From NCBI GenBank assembly GCA_965215365.1, contig CBDCDS010000003.1, forward strand, positions 224,001 through 288,000: 64,000 bases of DNA, in the 5' to 3' direction. The notes under the pieces were generated by a model, which was given only the letters and a program-made list of their open reading frames with translations, was not told where the DNA came from and did not search any database. The stretch comes from Gammaproteobacteria bacterium (GTDB taxonomy: Bacteria; Pseudomonadota; Gammaproteobacteria; Eutrophobiales; Eutrophobiaceae). The position numbers and the translations under genes were made by a program. This document shows, one piece after another, positions 41,383-50,582 of this stretch (the first letter of the stretch is position 1; each line of letters starts with the position of its first letter).

Positions 41383-42678
41383 ATGACCACGCCGTTCCCG
41401 CATGATTTCAGTGACGAACGCTACTGCAAGGCCTTAAAGGGGTTATTCAAAGCCGGCACCGGCGTGACCCCACCCAAGCTCGCCGGGCGCGACGCCGAGG
41501 CCGAGCTCGCCGCCGATGTGCTGTTAGGCCCCTTAGCGGGCCGCAACCCCCCGGCGCGCGATCTGGTGCTCTTCGGGCCGCGCGGCAACGGCAAGACGGT
41601 GTTGCTCACTGATCTCGAGCGGCGCGCGGCGCGCGCCGGGATTGGCGTGCTCTCGTTGCGCCCACGCGCGCTCAAAACCCCAGCGGCACTCGCCGCCGTG
41701 TTGCTCAGGCCCGCCTCGACCACTGAGGATTCACAAGATAAGCCGGGCTTAGCCACGCGCACCGCCACTAAAGCCCTCGACACCGCCGAACGCGCCTCGG
41801 GCCAGCCGCTCAGCGTGGACAATGCCAGCGTCGGCGCGAGCGGCCTCGGCACGGTGTCATTGAGCGTCCCCGACTCCGATGCGCTCATGGTTGAGCTGGC
41901 CGAGCGGTTAACGAAGCGCTGTCGCGCACAACCGCTGTTGGTCACCGTGGACGAAGCCCATACGCTCGATATCGAGACCGGCGCTGATCTGCTCAACCTC
42001 AGTGAGGAGCTGCGGCGCAAAGATGTCCCGTTTGTCCTGATCTTAGCTGGTACACCGAACCTCGAGGCGCATTTGCGGCGTATGAACTCCACCTTCTGGA
42101 GTCGCTCTGAGATCGCGCCCATTGGCCGGTTGAGCACTGAGGCCACCGCACAGGCCTTAACCGAGCCGCTCGCTGGTTACTCGGTATCCATCGAGCCCGA
42201 TGCCTTGGCTAAGGTGGTGGATGACTCACAGTGTTATCCGTATTTCATTCAGCTCTGGGGCGAGGCTTTGTGTCGTGCCTTAGTCGAGCAGGTCGCCGGC
42301 CACACGGTGACCTTGGGTCTCGTCGAGCGGGTCGCCCCCGAGGTCGCCGCGCGCCGCGAACGTTATTACGGGGAGCGGTATCAGGAGCTCGAAGAGCGTG
42401 GCCTGCTCGAGGCCGCGGCGCTCGTCGCCGGCTGTTTCGAGAAGTCCGAGCAGGTGCATAAAGCGACGCTGCGTGCGGCGTTAGGTGAGGAGCTCGGCTT
42501 AGACGCCCAGCCGGCCACGGCGGCGCTCGATGAGATGGCGGCGTTAGGCTATCTCTGGCGCAAGAACACGGCGAATGATTTGTTCGAGCCCGGTATTCCG
42601 TCGCTCATGACCCATGTACAGGAACGATTGCAAGCTACCGTCGATAGGGACACGGCACCAGCAGGGACGCGGCCTTAG
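41383..42678 (+). CDS. STAND/AAA_16-like ATPase, copy 1 (variant), 431 aa
   Basis: GPRGNGKT, VTVDEAH, ILAGTP, SQCYPYFIQ, C-terminal wHTH-like region. Confidence 0.85.
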   Translation: MTTPFPHDFSDERYCKALKGLFKAGTGVTPPKLAGRDAEAELAADVLLGPLAGRNPPARDLVLFGPRGNGKTVLLTDLERRAARAGIGVLSLRPRALKTPAALAAVLLRPASTTEDSQDKPGLATRTATKALDTAERASGQPLSVDNASVGASGLGTVSLSVPDSDALMVELAERLTKRCRAQPLLVTVDEAHTLDIETGADLLNLSEELRRKDVPFVLILAGTPNLEAHLRRMNSTFWSRSEIAPIGRLSTEATAQALTEPLAGYSVSIEPDALAKVVDDSQCYPYFIQLWGEALCRALVEQVAGHTVTLGLVERVAPEVAARRERYYGERYQELEERGLLEAAALVAGCFEKSEQVHKATLRAALGEELGLDAQPATAALDEMAALGYLWRKNTANDLFEPGIPSLMTHVQERLQATVDRDTAPAGTRP

Positions 42679-42767
42679 CCCGCATATCTCACCAAGTGAT
42701 GCGAAGATCGCGCCGGATTTGTGATGCGCCCCTTCCCTGGGGCGCACCCTGCGGACATCCAAATTCC

Positions 42768-43026
42768 TTAAAACTCAGCCTGATAGCGCATCAGCAACGC
42801 CACGTCGTGCTCACCCCGCACATGCCCGGTGTCACGCGCGACAACGGTAGCGAAGTACGCGCGGCCGCCGGCCCAAGGCCGGGAATAGGTCAGTTCCAGG
42901 TCGAGCTGGCGCCCCGACGGCGTTAACCCCAATCGGGCCTGCTCAATATGCAGCTGACGCTGCGGAGTGCGTCCCGACACCCAGCGCAGCTGTGCATGCC
43001 CCGCCTCCACCCGTAACGGCTGGGAC
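42768..43026 (-). pseudogene. duplicated 3' end of S8 autotransporter gene
   Basis: Matches 47302-47560. Confidence 0.9.
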
Positions 43027-43120
43027 TGCGTCGCATGACAGCCGGCATTGTAGATTGCGGTCAGGCTCGGTTCAGATACAATTCAATATACTTTGCGCGG
43101 GCATTGGTGGTGACTGTAGA

Positions 43121-43555
43121 TGTCCGGGTTCAGAAACAAGTGAGACTCTTTAGATAAAGAAATCGGGTAGTTAAGTGTGTAAAGTGATTTCGATTAACTT
43201 ACACAGGAGGACTACCCGATGCAGATCAAAAGGTAAGCGGGTGAAATCATATCGCAGTTGGCGCGTCGATGATACTACCGATGCTGACGCGCGCGGTCGT
43301 TTGCAGCAGTTGGAATTAGTTGCGACGTTACGCGAGGATGGGTGTGGTGAGGCGACGGCACTGGCAGCAGTAGGTGGGTCGAGGGCGACCTACTACCGTT
43401 GGTTGAAGCGGTATCGTGAACATGGGCTGAAGGGTCTGGGGTGTGCCTCTCGTGCGCCGCGGCGGCGGCGTGTGCCGCAATGGACGCGCCAGCGCGAGCA
43501 GCAGGTCTTACACCTTCGCCAACGCTATCCGTTGTGGGGTAAGCGCAAGCTCTAG
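43121..43555 (+). mobile_element. IS481-like remnant (terminal repeat + frameshifted, truncated transposase HTH)
   Basis: TGTCCGGGTTCAG end; AGGAGG-ATG (43219) hits stop after 5 codons; shifted frame SRATYYRWLKRY..LRQRYPLWGKRKL. Confidence 0.65.
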
Positions 43556-43649
43556 CGGGTGCTTAGGTATTGAACCTAGACACCAAACTTGCGGGTGCGT
43601 CGGCGATCTGCTAGACTTGCCACTCTTGTGTAACCTGTCAAGGAGCGCT

Positions 43650-44945
43650 ATGACCACGCCGTTCCCGCATGATTTCAGTGACGAACGCTACTGCAAGGCC
43701 TTAAAGGGGTTATTCAAAGCCGGCACCGGCGTGACCCCACCCAAGCTCGCCGGGCGCGACGCCGAGGCCGAGCTCGCCGCCGATGTGCTGTTAAACCCCT
43801 TGACAGACGGCACCCCCCCGGCAGCGGACCTGGTGCTCTTCGGACCGCGCGGCAACGGCAAGACGGTGTTGCTCACTGATCTCGAGCGGCGCGCGGCGAG
43901 CGCCGGGATTGGCGTGCAAGCGCTGACTGCGCGCAGCTTCAAAGCGCCGGGCGGCCTTGCCGCGGTGTTGTTGAGGCCGGTTTCGGCGACTGAGAGTTCG
44001 CCCGACAAGCCGGATTGGGCGGAGCGCGACGCCGCCAAGGCACTTGATGCGGCGGGGCGCATGGCAAGCCAGACGCTCAGCGTGGACGGGGTTACCGTCG
44101 GCGCGCCTGGACTCGGCACGGTTTCATTGGGGGCGCCTGGCGAGACGGCACTGAATGTCGAACTAGTCGAGCGCTTAACGCGCCAATGTCGCACACAACC
44201 GCTGTTGGTCACCGTGGACGAAGCCCATACACTCGATATCGAGACCGGCGCTGATCTGCTCAACCTCAGCCAGCAGCTGCGGCGCAAAGATGTCCCGTTT
44301 GTCCTGATCTTAGCTGGCACGCCCAACCTCGAGGCGCATTTGCGGCGTATGAACTCCACTTTCTGGAGTCGCTCTGAGATCGCGCCCATTGGCCGGTTGA
44401 GCACTGAGGCCACCGCACAGGCCTTAACCGAGCCGCTCGCTGGTTACTCGGTATCCATCGAGCCCGATGCCTTGGCTAAGGTGGTCGATGACTCACAGTG
44501 TTATCCGTATTTCATTCAGCTCTGGGGACGGGCGCTGTGTGGCGCCTTGGTCAAGCAGGGGTGTGGCCACACGGTGACCTTGGGTCTCGTCGAGCGGGTC
44601 GCCCCCGAGGTCGCCGCGCGCCGCGAACGTTATTACGGGGAGCGGTATCAGGAGCTCGAAGAGCGTGGCCTGCTCGAGGCCGCGGCGCTCGTCGCCGGCT
44701 GTTTCGAGAAGTCCGAGCAGGTGCATAAAGCGACGCTGCGTGCGGCGTTAGGTGAGGAGCTCGGCTTAGACGCCCAGCCGGCCACGGCGGCGCTCGATGA
44801 GATGGCGGCGTTAGGCTATCTCTGGCGCAAGAACACGGCGAATGATTTGTTCGAGCCCGGTATTCCGTCGCTCATGACCCATGTACAGGAACGATTGCAA
44901 GCTACCGTCGATAGGGACACGGCACCGGCAGGGACGCGGCCTTAG
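43650..44945 (+). CDS. STAND/AAA_16-like ATPase, copy 2, 431 aa
   Basis: Same motifs as copy 1; AAGGAG RBS. Confidence 0.85.
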   Translation: MTTPFPHDFSDERYCKALKGLFKAGTGVTPPKLAGRDAEAELAADVLLNPLTDGTPPAADLVLFGPRGNGKTVLLTDLERRAASAGIGVQALTARSFKAPGGLAAVLLRPVSATESSPDKPDWAERDAAKALDAAGRMASQTLSVDGVTVGAPGLGTVSLGAPGETALNVELVERLTRQCRTQPLLVTVDEAHTLDIETGADLLNLSQQLRRKDVPFVLILAGTPNLEAHLRRMNSTFWSRSEIAPIGRLSTEATAQALTEPLAGYSVSIEPDALAKVVDDSQCYPYFIQLWGRALCGALVKQGCGHTVTLGLVERVAPEVAARRERYYGERYQELEERGLLEAAALVAGCFEKSEQVHKATLRAALGEELGLDAQPATAALDEMAALGYLWRKNTANDLFEPGIPSLMTHVQERLQATVDRDTAPAGTRP

Positions 44946-45034
44946 CCCGCATATCTCACCAAGTGATGCGAAGATCGCGCCGGATTTGTGATGCGCCCCT
45001 TCCCTGGGGCGCACCCTGCGGACATCCAAATTCC

Positions 45035-45293
45035 TTAAAACTCAGCCTGATAGCGCATCAGCAACGCCACGTCGTGCTCACCCCGCACATGCCCGGTGTC
45101 ACGCGCGACAACGGTAGCGAAGTACGCGCGGCCGCCGGCCCAAGGCCGGGAATAGGTCAGTTCCAGGTCGAGCTGGCGCCCCGACGGCGTTAACCCCAAT
45201 CGGGCCTGCTCAATATGCAGCTGACGCTGCGGAGTGCGTCCCGACACCCAGCGCAGCTGTGCATGCCCCGCCTCCACCCGTAACGGCTGGGAC
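45035..45293 (-). pseudogene. duplicated 3' end of S8 autotransporter gene
   Basis: Matches 47302-47560. Confidence 0.9.
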
Positions 45294-45387
45294 TGCGTCG
45301 CATGACAGCCGGCATTGTAGATTGCGGTCAGGCTCGGTTCAGATACAATTCAATATACTTTGCGCGGGCATTGGTGGTGACTGTAGA

Positions 45388-45822
45388 TGTCCGGGTTCAG
45401 AAACAAGTGAGACTCTTTAGATAAAGAAATCGGGTAGTTAAGTGTGTAAAGTGATTTCGATTAACTTACACAGGAGGACTACCCGATGCAGATCAAAAGG
45501 TAAGCGGGTGAAATCATATCGCAGTTGGCGCGTCGATGATACTACCGATGCTGACGCGCGCGGTCGTTTGCAGCAGTTGGAATTAGTTGCGACGTTACGC
45601 GAGGATGGGTGTGGTGAGGCGACGGCACTGGCAGCAGTAGGTGGGTCGAGGGCGACCTACTACCGTTGGTTGAAGCGGTATCGTGAACATGGGCTGAAGG
45701 GTCTGGGGTGTGCCTCTCGTGCGCCGCGGCGGCGGCGTGTGCCGCAATGGACGCGCCAGCGCGAGCAGCAGGTCTTACACCTTCGCCAACGCTATCCGTT
45801 GTGGGGTAAGCGCAAGCTCTAG
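45388..45822 (+). mobile_element. IS481-like remnant, second copy
   Basis: Repeat of 43121-43555. Confidence 0.65.
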
Positions 45823-45916
45823 CGGGTGCTTAGGTATTGAACCTAGACACCAAACTTGCGGGTGCGTCGGCGATCTGCTAGACTTGCCACTCTTGTGTAA
45901 CCTGTCAAGGAGCGCT

Positions 45917-47212
45917 ATGACCACGCCGTTCCCGCATGATTTCAGTGACGAACGCTACTGCAAGGCCTTAAAGGGGTTATTCAAAGCCGGCACCGGCGTG
46001 ACCCCACCCAAGCTCGCCGGGCGCGACGCCGAGGCCGAGCTCGCCGCCGATGTGCTGTTAAACCCCTTGACAGACGGCACCCCCCCGGCAGCGGACCTGG
46101 TGCTCTTCGGACCGCGCGGCAACGGCAAGACGGTGTTGCTCACTGATCTCGAGCGGCGCGCGGCGAGCGCCGGGATTGGCGTGCAAGCGCTGACTGCGCG
46201 CAGCTTCAAAGCGCCGGGCGGCCTTGCCGCGGTGTTGTTGAGGCCGGTTTCGGCGACTGAGAGTTCGCCCGACAAGCCGGATTGGGCGGAGCGCGACGCC
46301 GCCAAGGCACTTGATGCGGCGGGGCGCATGGCAAGCCAGACGCTCAGCGTGGACGGGGTTACCGTCGGCGCGCCTGGACTCGGCACGGTTTCATTGGGGG
46401 CGCCTGGCGAGACGGCACTGAATGTCGAACTAGTCGAGCGCTTAACGCGCCAATGTCGCACACAACCGCTGTTGGTCACCGTGGACGAAGCCCATACACT
46501 CGATATCGAGACCGGCGCTGATCTGCTCAACCTCAGCCAGCAGCTGCGGCGCAAAGATGTCCCGTTTGTCCTGATCTTAGCTGGCACGCCCAACCTCGAG
46601 GCGCATTTGCGGCGTATGAACTCCACTTTCTGGAGTCGCTCTGAGATCGCGCCCATTGGCCGGTTGAGCACTGAGGCCACCGCACAGGCCTTAACCGAGC
46701 CGCTCGCTGGTTACTCGGTATCCATCGAGCCCGATGCCTTGGCTAAGGTGGTCGATGACTCACAGTGTTATCCGTATTTCATTCAGCTCTGGGGACGGGC
46801 GCTGTGTGGCGCCTTGGTCAAGCAGGGGTGTGGCCACACGGTGACCTTGGGTCTCGTCGAGCGGGTCGCCCCCGAGGTCGCCGCGCGCCGCGAACGTTAT
46901 TACGGGGAGCGGTATCAGGAGCTCGAAGAGCGTGGCCTGCTCGAGGCCGCGGCGCTCGTCGCCGGCTGTTTCGAGAAGTCCGAGCAGGTGCATAAAGCGA
47001 CGCTGCGTGCGGCGTTAGGTGAGGAGCTCGGCTTAGACGCCCAGCCGGCCACGGCGGCGCTCGATGAGATGGCGGCGTTAGGCTATCTCTGGCGCAAGAA
47101 CACGGCGAATGATTTGTTCGAGCCCGGTATTCCGTCGCTCATGACCCATGTACAGGAACGATTGCAAGCTACCGTCGATAGGGACGCGGCACCGGCAGGG
47201 ACGCGGCCTTAG
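45917..47212 (+). CDS. STAND/AAA_16-like ATPase, copy 3, 431 aa
   Basis: Protein differs from copy 2 only by T>A near C-terminus. Confidence 0.85.
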   Translation: MTTPFPHDFSDERYCKALKGLFKAGTGVTPPKLAGRDAEAELAADVLLNPLTDGTPPAADLVLFGPRGNGKTVLLTDLERRAASAGIGVQALTARSFKAPGGLAAVLLRPVSATESSPDKPDWAERDAAKALDAAGRMASQTLSVDGVTVGAPGLGTVSLGAPGETALNVELVERLTRQCRTQPLLVTVDEAHTLDIETGADLLNLSQQLRRKDVPFVLILAGTPNLEAHLRRMNSTFWSRSEIAPIGRLSTEATAQALTEPLAGYSVSIEPDALAKVVDDSQCYPYFIQLWGRALCGALVKQGCGHTVTLGLVERVAPEVAARRERYYGERYQELEERGLLEAAALVAGCFEKSEQVHKATLRAALGEELGLDAQPATAALDEMAALGYLWRKNTANDLFEPGIPSLMTHVQERLQATVDRDAAPAGTRP

Positions 47213-47301
47213 CCCGCATATCTCACCAAGTGATGCGAAGATCGCACCGGATTTGTGATGCGCCCCTTCCCTGGGGCGCACCCTGCGGACATCCAAATTC
47301 C

Positions 47302-49959
47302 TTAAAACTCAGCCTGATAGCGCATCAGCAACGCCACGTCGTGCTCACCCCGCACATGCCCGGTGTCACGCGCGACAACGGTAGCGAAGTACGCGCGGCC
47401 GCCGGCCCAAGGCCGGGAATAGGTCAGTTCCAGGTCGAGCTGGCGCCCCGACGGCGTTAACCCCAATCGGGCCTGCTCAATATGCAGCTGACGCTGCGGA
47501 GTGCGTCCCGACACCCAGCGCAGCTGTGCATGCCCCGCCTCCACCCGTAACGGCTGGGACAGCCTTAGCGCCAGACGGTCCTGCGCGCCGGTGACCCCGT
47601 CGCCGCTAATTCCGAGTGAGAAGGCGCTGGTCCACAGCGCTGACGGATTGCGCAACATGCCCTGATAGCGCGCAGCAGCCTGGCTCAGACCCAGATGTGC
47701 GCTGCCCAGCAAGGTCCAAACGTCGTTCAATCGGCGCCCGGCGGACAGGCCCAGAAAGGCCGTCCCACCCGCAAAGTCGCCAAAGGCGCCGCGCGCGCGC
47801 TGACCGAGGACCCGTTCCGCTTCCGCCAGCCATCCTAACTGTAAGGATGCGTCGGCAGCGTCCGGCCAATGCAGCCGGTACTCAGCCAGCAGGCCCGTGG
47901 CTGGTGCTGAGTCAGTATCCTGCTGCTCGCCATATTGTGCCGACCCGTGAAAGGCGGCCACGCGCAAGGAACCACTTCCCGACCCGCTGAACCGGTCAGA
48001 ATTAAATGGAAAGAGTACAGCATAGCCCAGGTGGGCGCCATTGCGCGCCAGGCCAAGATAAGGATTGGTAAACGCCGCAGGGTCGCTGAAGGCGCCGGGT
48101 TTCAGCCCCACACGGCGCATGGAGGATGTCGGGTGCGCTTCGAACCACCGGTTCGGATCGTCGCGATAGCCAAGAAAAAACTGCCCGCCGGCCCCACTCC
48201 AGGTGGTTGACAGGGACGCGACCCGAATCGGCACGGCCTCAGTTACACGCCCGTCGTTGCGCCCGGCCCGGGTTGCCGGGTCGGTGTGGTCGCGGTGGCG
48301 CTGGCTTGCGCGGGTCAGACGTATCCGTGCAGACGCGTCGTGACGCTGCCAGAGTGCGCTACGCCGCTCGTTGCCCAGGGTGTAAAGACGCTCCTCAAGC
48401 CCGACCCGGGCGGCAACATCCGCCTGCAGGTACTCATCAAGCGCATGGAAGAATGGCGCCGCCGCCTCATCAAAGCTCGCCACCTCTTTGGCGGCCAATC
48501 CCCGCGCCAGCGCGTCGCCAAAGGCCGCGCCCTGACGCAGCATACTGTCGCTGGTCGGCGCCGCAGCCCCGGACAGTGACTCGCCGAGCAGCAGCCGCGT
48601 CTGCCCGCGCGGCCGGGTGGCGGCGTCAAGGTCTAAAAACCCCTGGCCGTAGGTATCCGCATCCGCATAAATGCCGGTCTTGTCGGCGCTGCTGAGCAGC
48701 CGCTGCACCAGCTCGTCATTGCCAAGTTGATTGCGGTAGTGCTGCGCCAGTAGCGCAAGCCCGCCAGTAACAAAGGGCGCCGCCGCAGAGGTTCCCGAAT
48801 CCTCAATAATGCCGAAGCACTCTGCGGTATCAGCCGGGCAATAGAGGGCGGGGACCGGGGCGGCGATGGCAACGCCCGGCGCGGCCAGACAAAAATCCTG
48901 CGCAATACCGCAAAAGTTGGAGAAATCTGCAATGTTGCCTTCCCGATCCGTTGCCACTACGGCGATACTGTGACCGCGCAGCGCCGGAAATCGCACCGGC
49001 AGACCGGCTGCGATCTCAACTGAACTGGCGGAGTCGATAGAACCGTCAGACATCATCTCACCACGGGCGTTGCCGCCCGCCCATACGTAGATGGTGCGCT
49101 CCGCAGCCGGCACGTCTGCTTGGGTCACCGCCTGAATAATGTTGGGCGCGCGCGCCTGTAACTCCTCGGCAGTGTAATTTTCAATATTGCCGGAGAGGCC
49201 CAAGCTGGCATTCACGGCTACGACCCTGGAGTTCAGCCTGTTGAAGGCTGCGGCAATTTTCTTCTCGACCTCGGCCTCTCGCCGGGCGAGGCGCTCTTGA
49301 ACTTGTTCGATAAATTGCTGCAACTCCTCAGGCGTGGGAGCTGCCGGTGGCTCTGGCAACAGGTCATCGTGCAGGCTGATATCGGGCGAGATCGAGATAA
49401 CGCCAGCATCGAAGGCAACGCCATGAACGGCAGCCTCAGGACCGAAGAAGGTCCGCCCCATAGCGGCGGCCCGATTGGCGGCAGCCGCCGCCGAGTCGTC
49501 GTTAGCGGCTTCCGAGGCGGCGCTTCTGGCGGCTGCCATGATGCCGGCCACATAGGTGCCATGTCCTATATCGCTCTGGCAGCGACCATCGTCCGCAGGC
49601 GATTCACAGACGCGGAAGTCCGGTTTGTAGCCATCCACTTCGAGCACCTCGAGCTTGCCCCGGAACCTGGGATGATCCGGATCGACGCCGGTATCAACGA
49701 TGCCCAGCGTCACTCCGGCGCCGGTTGCGCCTCTGGCATAAGCGTAATGCGCCTTGATCTGAGCCAGCCCATACTGATTGCGGAATTCGGTGCGTGCAGC
49801 AGCCTCTTCGCGTCGCTGCCGCTCCGCAACCTCCGGAGCGACCGCCGCCGGCGCCAGCTTGACGGTACCGTTGTCGCTGGCGCAGCCGGACACGAGCAAG
49901 TACAGGCCCAGCAGCAGCGCCAATGGCGCGCGCAGCGCTACCGCGGTCATCTTATCCAC
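47302..49959 (-). CDS. S8 (subtilisin-like) serine peptidase, lipoprotein with autotransporter-like C-terminal beta-domain
   Basis: Lipobox LVSGC, IVDTG, HGTYVAG, GTSAAAP triad motifs; terminal YQAEF. Confidence 0.88.
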   Translation of the reverse strand: MDKMTAVALRAPLALLLGLYLLVSGCASDNGTVKLAPAAVAPEVAERQRREEAAARTEFRNQYGLAQIKAHYAYARGATGAGVTLGIVDTGVDPDHPRFRGKLEVLEVDGYKPDFRVCESPADDGRCQSDIGHGTYVAGIMAAARSAASEAANDDSAAAAANRAAAMGRTFFGPEAAVHGVAFDAGVISISPDISLHDDLLPEPPAAPTPEELQQFIEQVQERLARREAEVEKKIAAAFNRLNSRVVAVNASLGLSGNIENYTAEELQARAPNIIQAVTQADVPAAERTIYVWAGGNARGEMMSDGSIDSASSVEIAAGLPVRFPALRGHSIAVVATDREGNIADFSNFCGIAQDFCLAAPGVAIAAPVPALYCPADTAECFGIIEDSGTSAAAPFVTGGLALLAQHYRNQLGNDELVQRLLSSADKTGIYADADTYGQGFLDLDAATRPRGQTRLLLGESLSGAAAPTSDSMLRQGAAFGDALARGLAAKEVASFDEAAAPFFHALDEYLQADVAARVGLEERLYTLGNERRSALWQRHDASARIRLTRASQRHRDHTDPATRAGRNDGRVTEAVPIRVASLSTTWSGAGGQFFLGYRDDPNRWFEAHPTSSMRRVGLKPGAFSDPAAFTNPYLGLARNGAHLGYAVLFPFNSDRFSGSGSGSLRVAAFHGSAQYGEQQDTDSAPATGLLAEYRLHWPDAADASLQLGWLAEAERVLGQRARGAFGDFAGGTAFLGLSAGRRLNDVWTLLGSAHLGLSQAAARYQGMLRNPSALWTSAFSLGISGDGVTGAQDRLALRLSQPLRVEAGHAQLRWVSGRTPQRQLHIEQARLGLTPSGRQLDLELTYSRPWAGGRAYFATVVARDTGHVRGEHDVALLMRYQAEF

Positions 49960-49968
49960 AGCCTCACC

Positions 49969-50388
49969 TCAGGATGGCGCAACAATTTCGTAAGTGTGCA
50001 TTATCTGCGCGGTCTTACCCAGCATAATCGAAGCGGAACAGTATTTTTCCGCAGACAGGTTGATGGCCCGCTCAACCTGCGCGGCTTTGAGCCCGGCGCC
50101 GGTGATGATGAAATGCACCCGTATTTCAGTAAATACCCTGGGGTGCTCAGCCGCCCGGGTCGATGAAATTTCGCTCCGGCAAGCGCTGATGTCCTGCCTG
50201 GACTTCTTCAGGATGGACAACACGTCATAGCTCATGCAGGCGCCCATGCCCAGCAGCAGGGTCTCCATAGGGCGCGGCCCCAGGTTTTTGCCACCGCCCT
50301 CAGGCGGGCCGTCAATGACAATAGTGCGGCCGTTTTCGGACTCGCCGATAAACGCCGCGCCACCGGCCCAGGTCAGGTTAGTCTTCAT
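49969..50388 (-). CDS. OsmC/YhfA family protein
   Basis: GPRPMETLL..GAC, SAEKYCSAS. Confidence 0.9.
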   Translation of the reverse strand: MKTNLTWAGGAAFIGESENGRTIVIDGPPEGGGKNLGPRPMETLLLGMGACMSYDVLSILKKSRQDISACRSEISSTRAAEHPRVFTEIRVHFIITGAGLKAAQVERAINLSAEKYCSASIMLGKTAQIMHTYEIVAPS

Positions 50389-50453
50389 ATTGGTCACTCC
50401 CATGGAATATAGCAAAGAGTAACATATTTGCCGACCCGGACAGAACCCAGGCA

Positions 50454-50489
50454 TTGACTTCCGGCTGCCGATAGGCTAGTGTCCGCGCG
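50454..50489 (+). promoter_or_regulatory. stable-RNA-type sigma70 promoter
   Basis: TTGACT-17-TAGTGT plus GC-rich discriminator CCGCGCG. Confidence 0.6.
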
Positions 50490-50498
50490 TGTAACCAT

Positions 50499-50575
50499 GG
50501 CTATGTAGCTCAGTCGGTCAGAGCGCAGCATTCATAATGCTGATGTCGGTGGTTCAAGTCCACCCATAGCCACCA
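50499..50575 (+). tRNA. tRNA-Met (elongator, CAU)
   Basis: GGCTATG..CATAGCC-ACCA cloverleaf, anticodon CAT. Confidence 0.9.
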
Positions 50576-50582
50576 TACTTCA

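Larger units (their letters stand above)
41305..47560. repeat. tandem array, period 2267 bp, ~2.76 units
   Basis: GAACCTAGACACC at 41305, 43572, 45839; all internal landmarks offset by 2267. Confidence 0.95.

Noticed and set aside
41520-44580. Diversity-generating retroelement (template/variable repeat) as the source of ATPase variation
   Set aside because: Differences are not adenine-specific (e.g. CGC/GGC, GAT/GAC) and there is no reverse transcriptase in the window.
41230-45916. Extended N-termini of the ATPase ORFs (starts 41230, 43443, 45710)
   Set aside because: They run through tusA or the IS remnant; the shared promoter and RBS point to ATGs at 41383, 43650 and 45917.
45917-49959. 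ietAS-type ATPase + S8 protease toxin/defence pair
   Set aside because: The genes are convergent, the S8 is an exported lipoprotein with a beta-domain, and the ATPase is not the FtsH-like AAA type.
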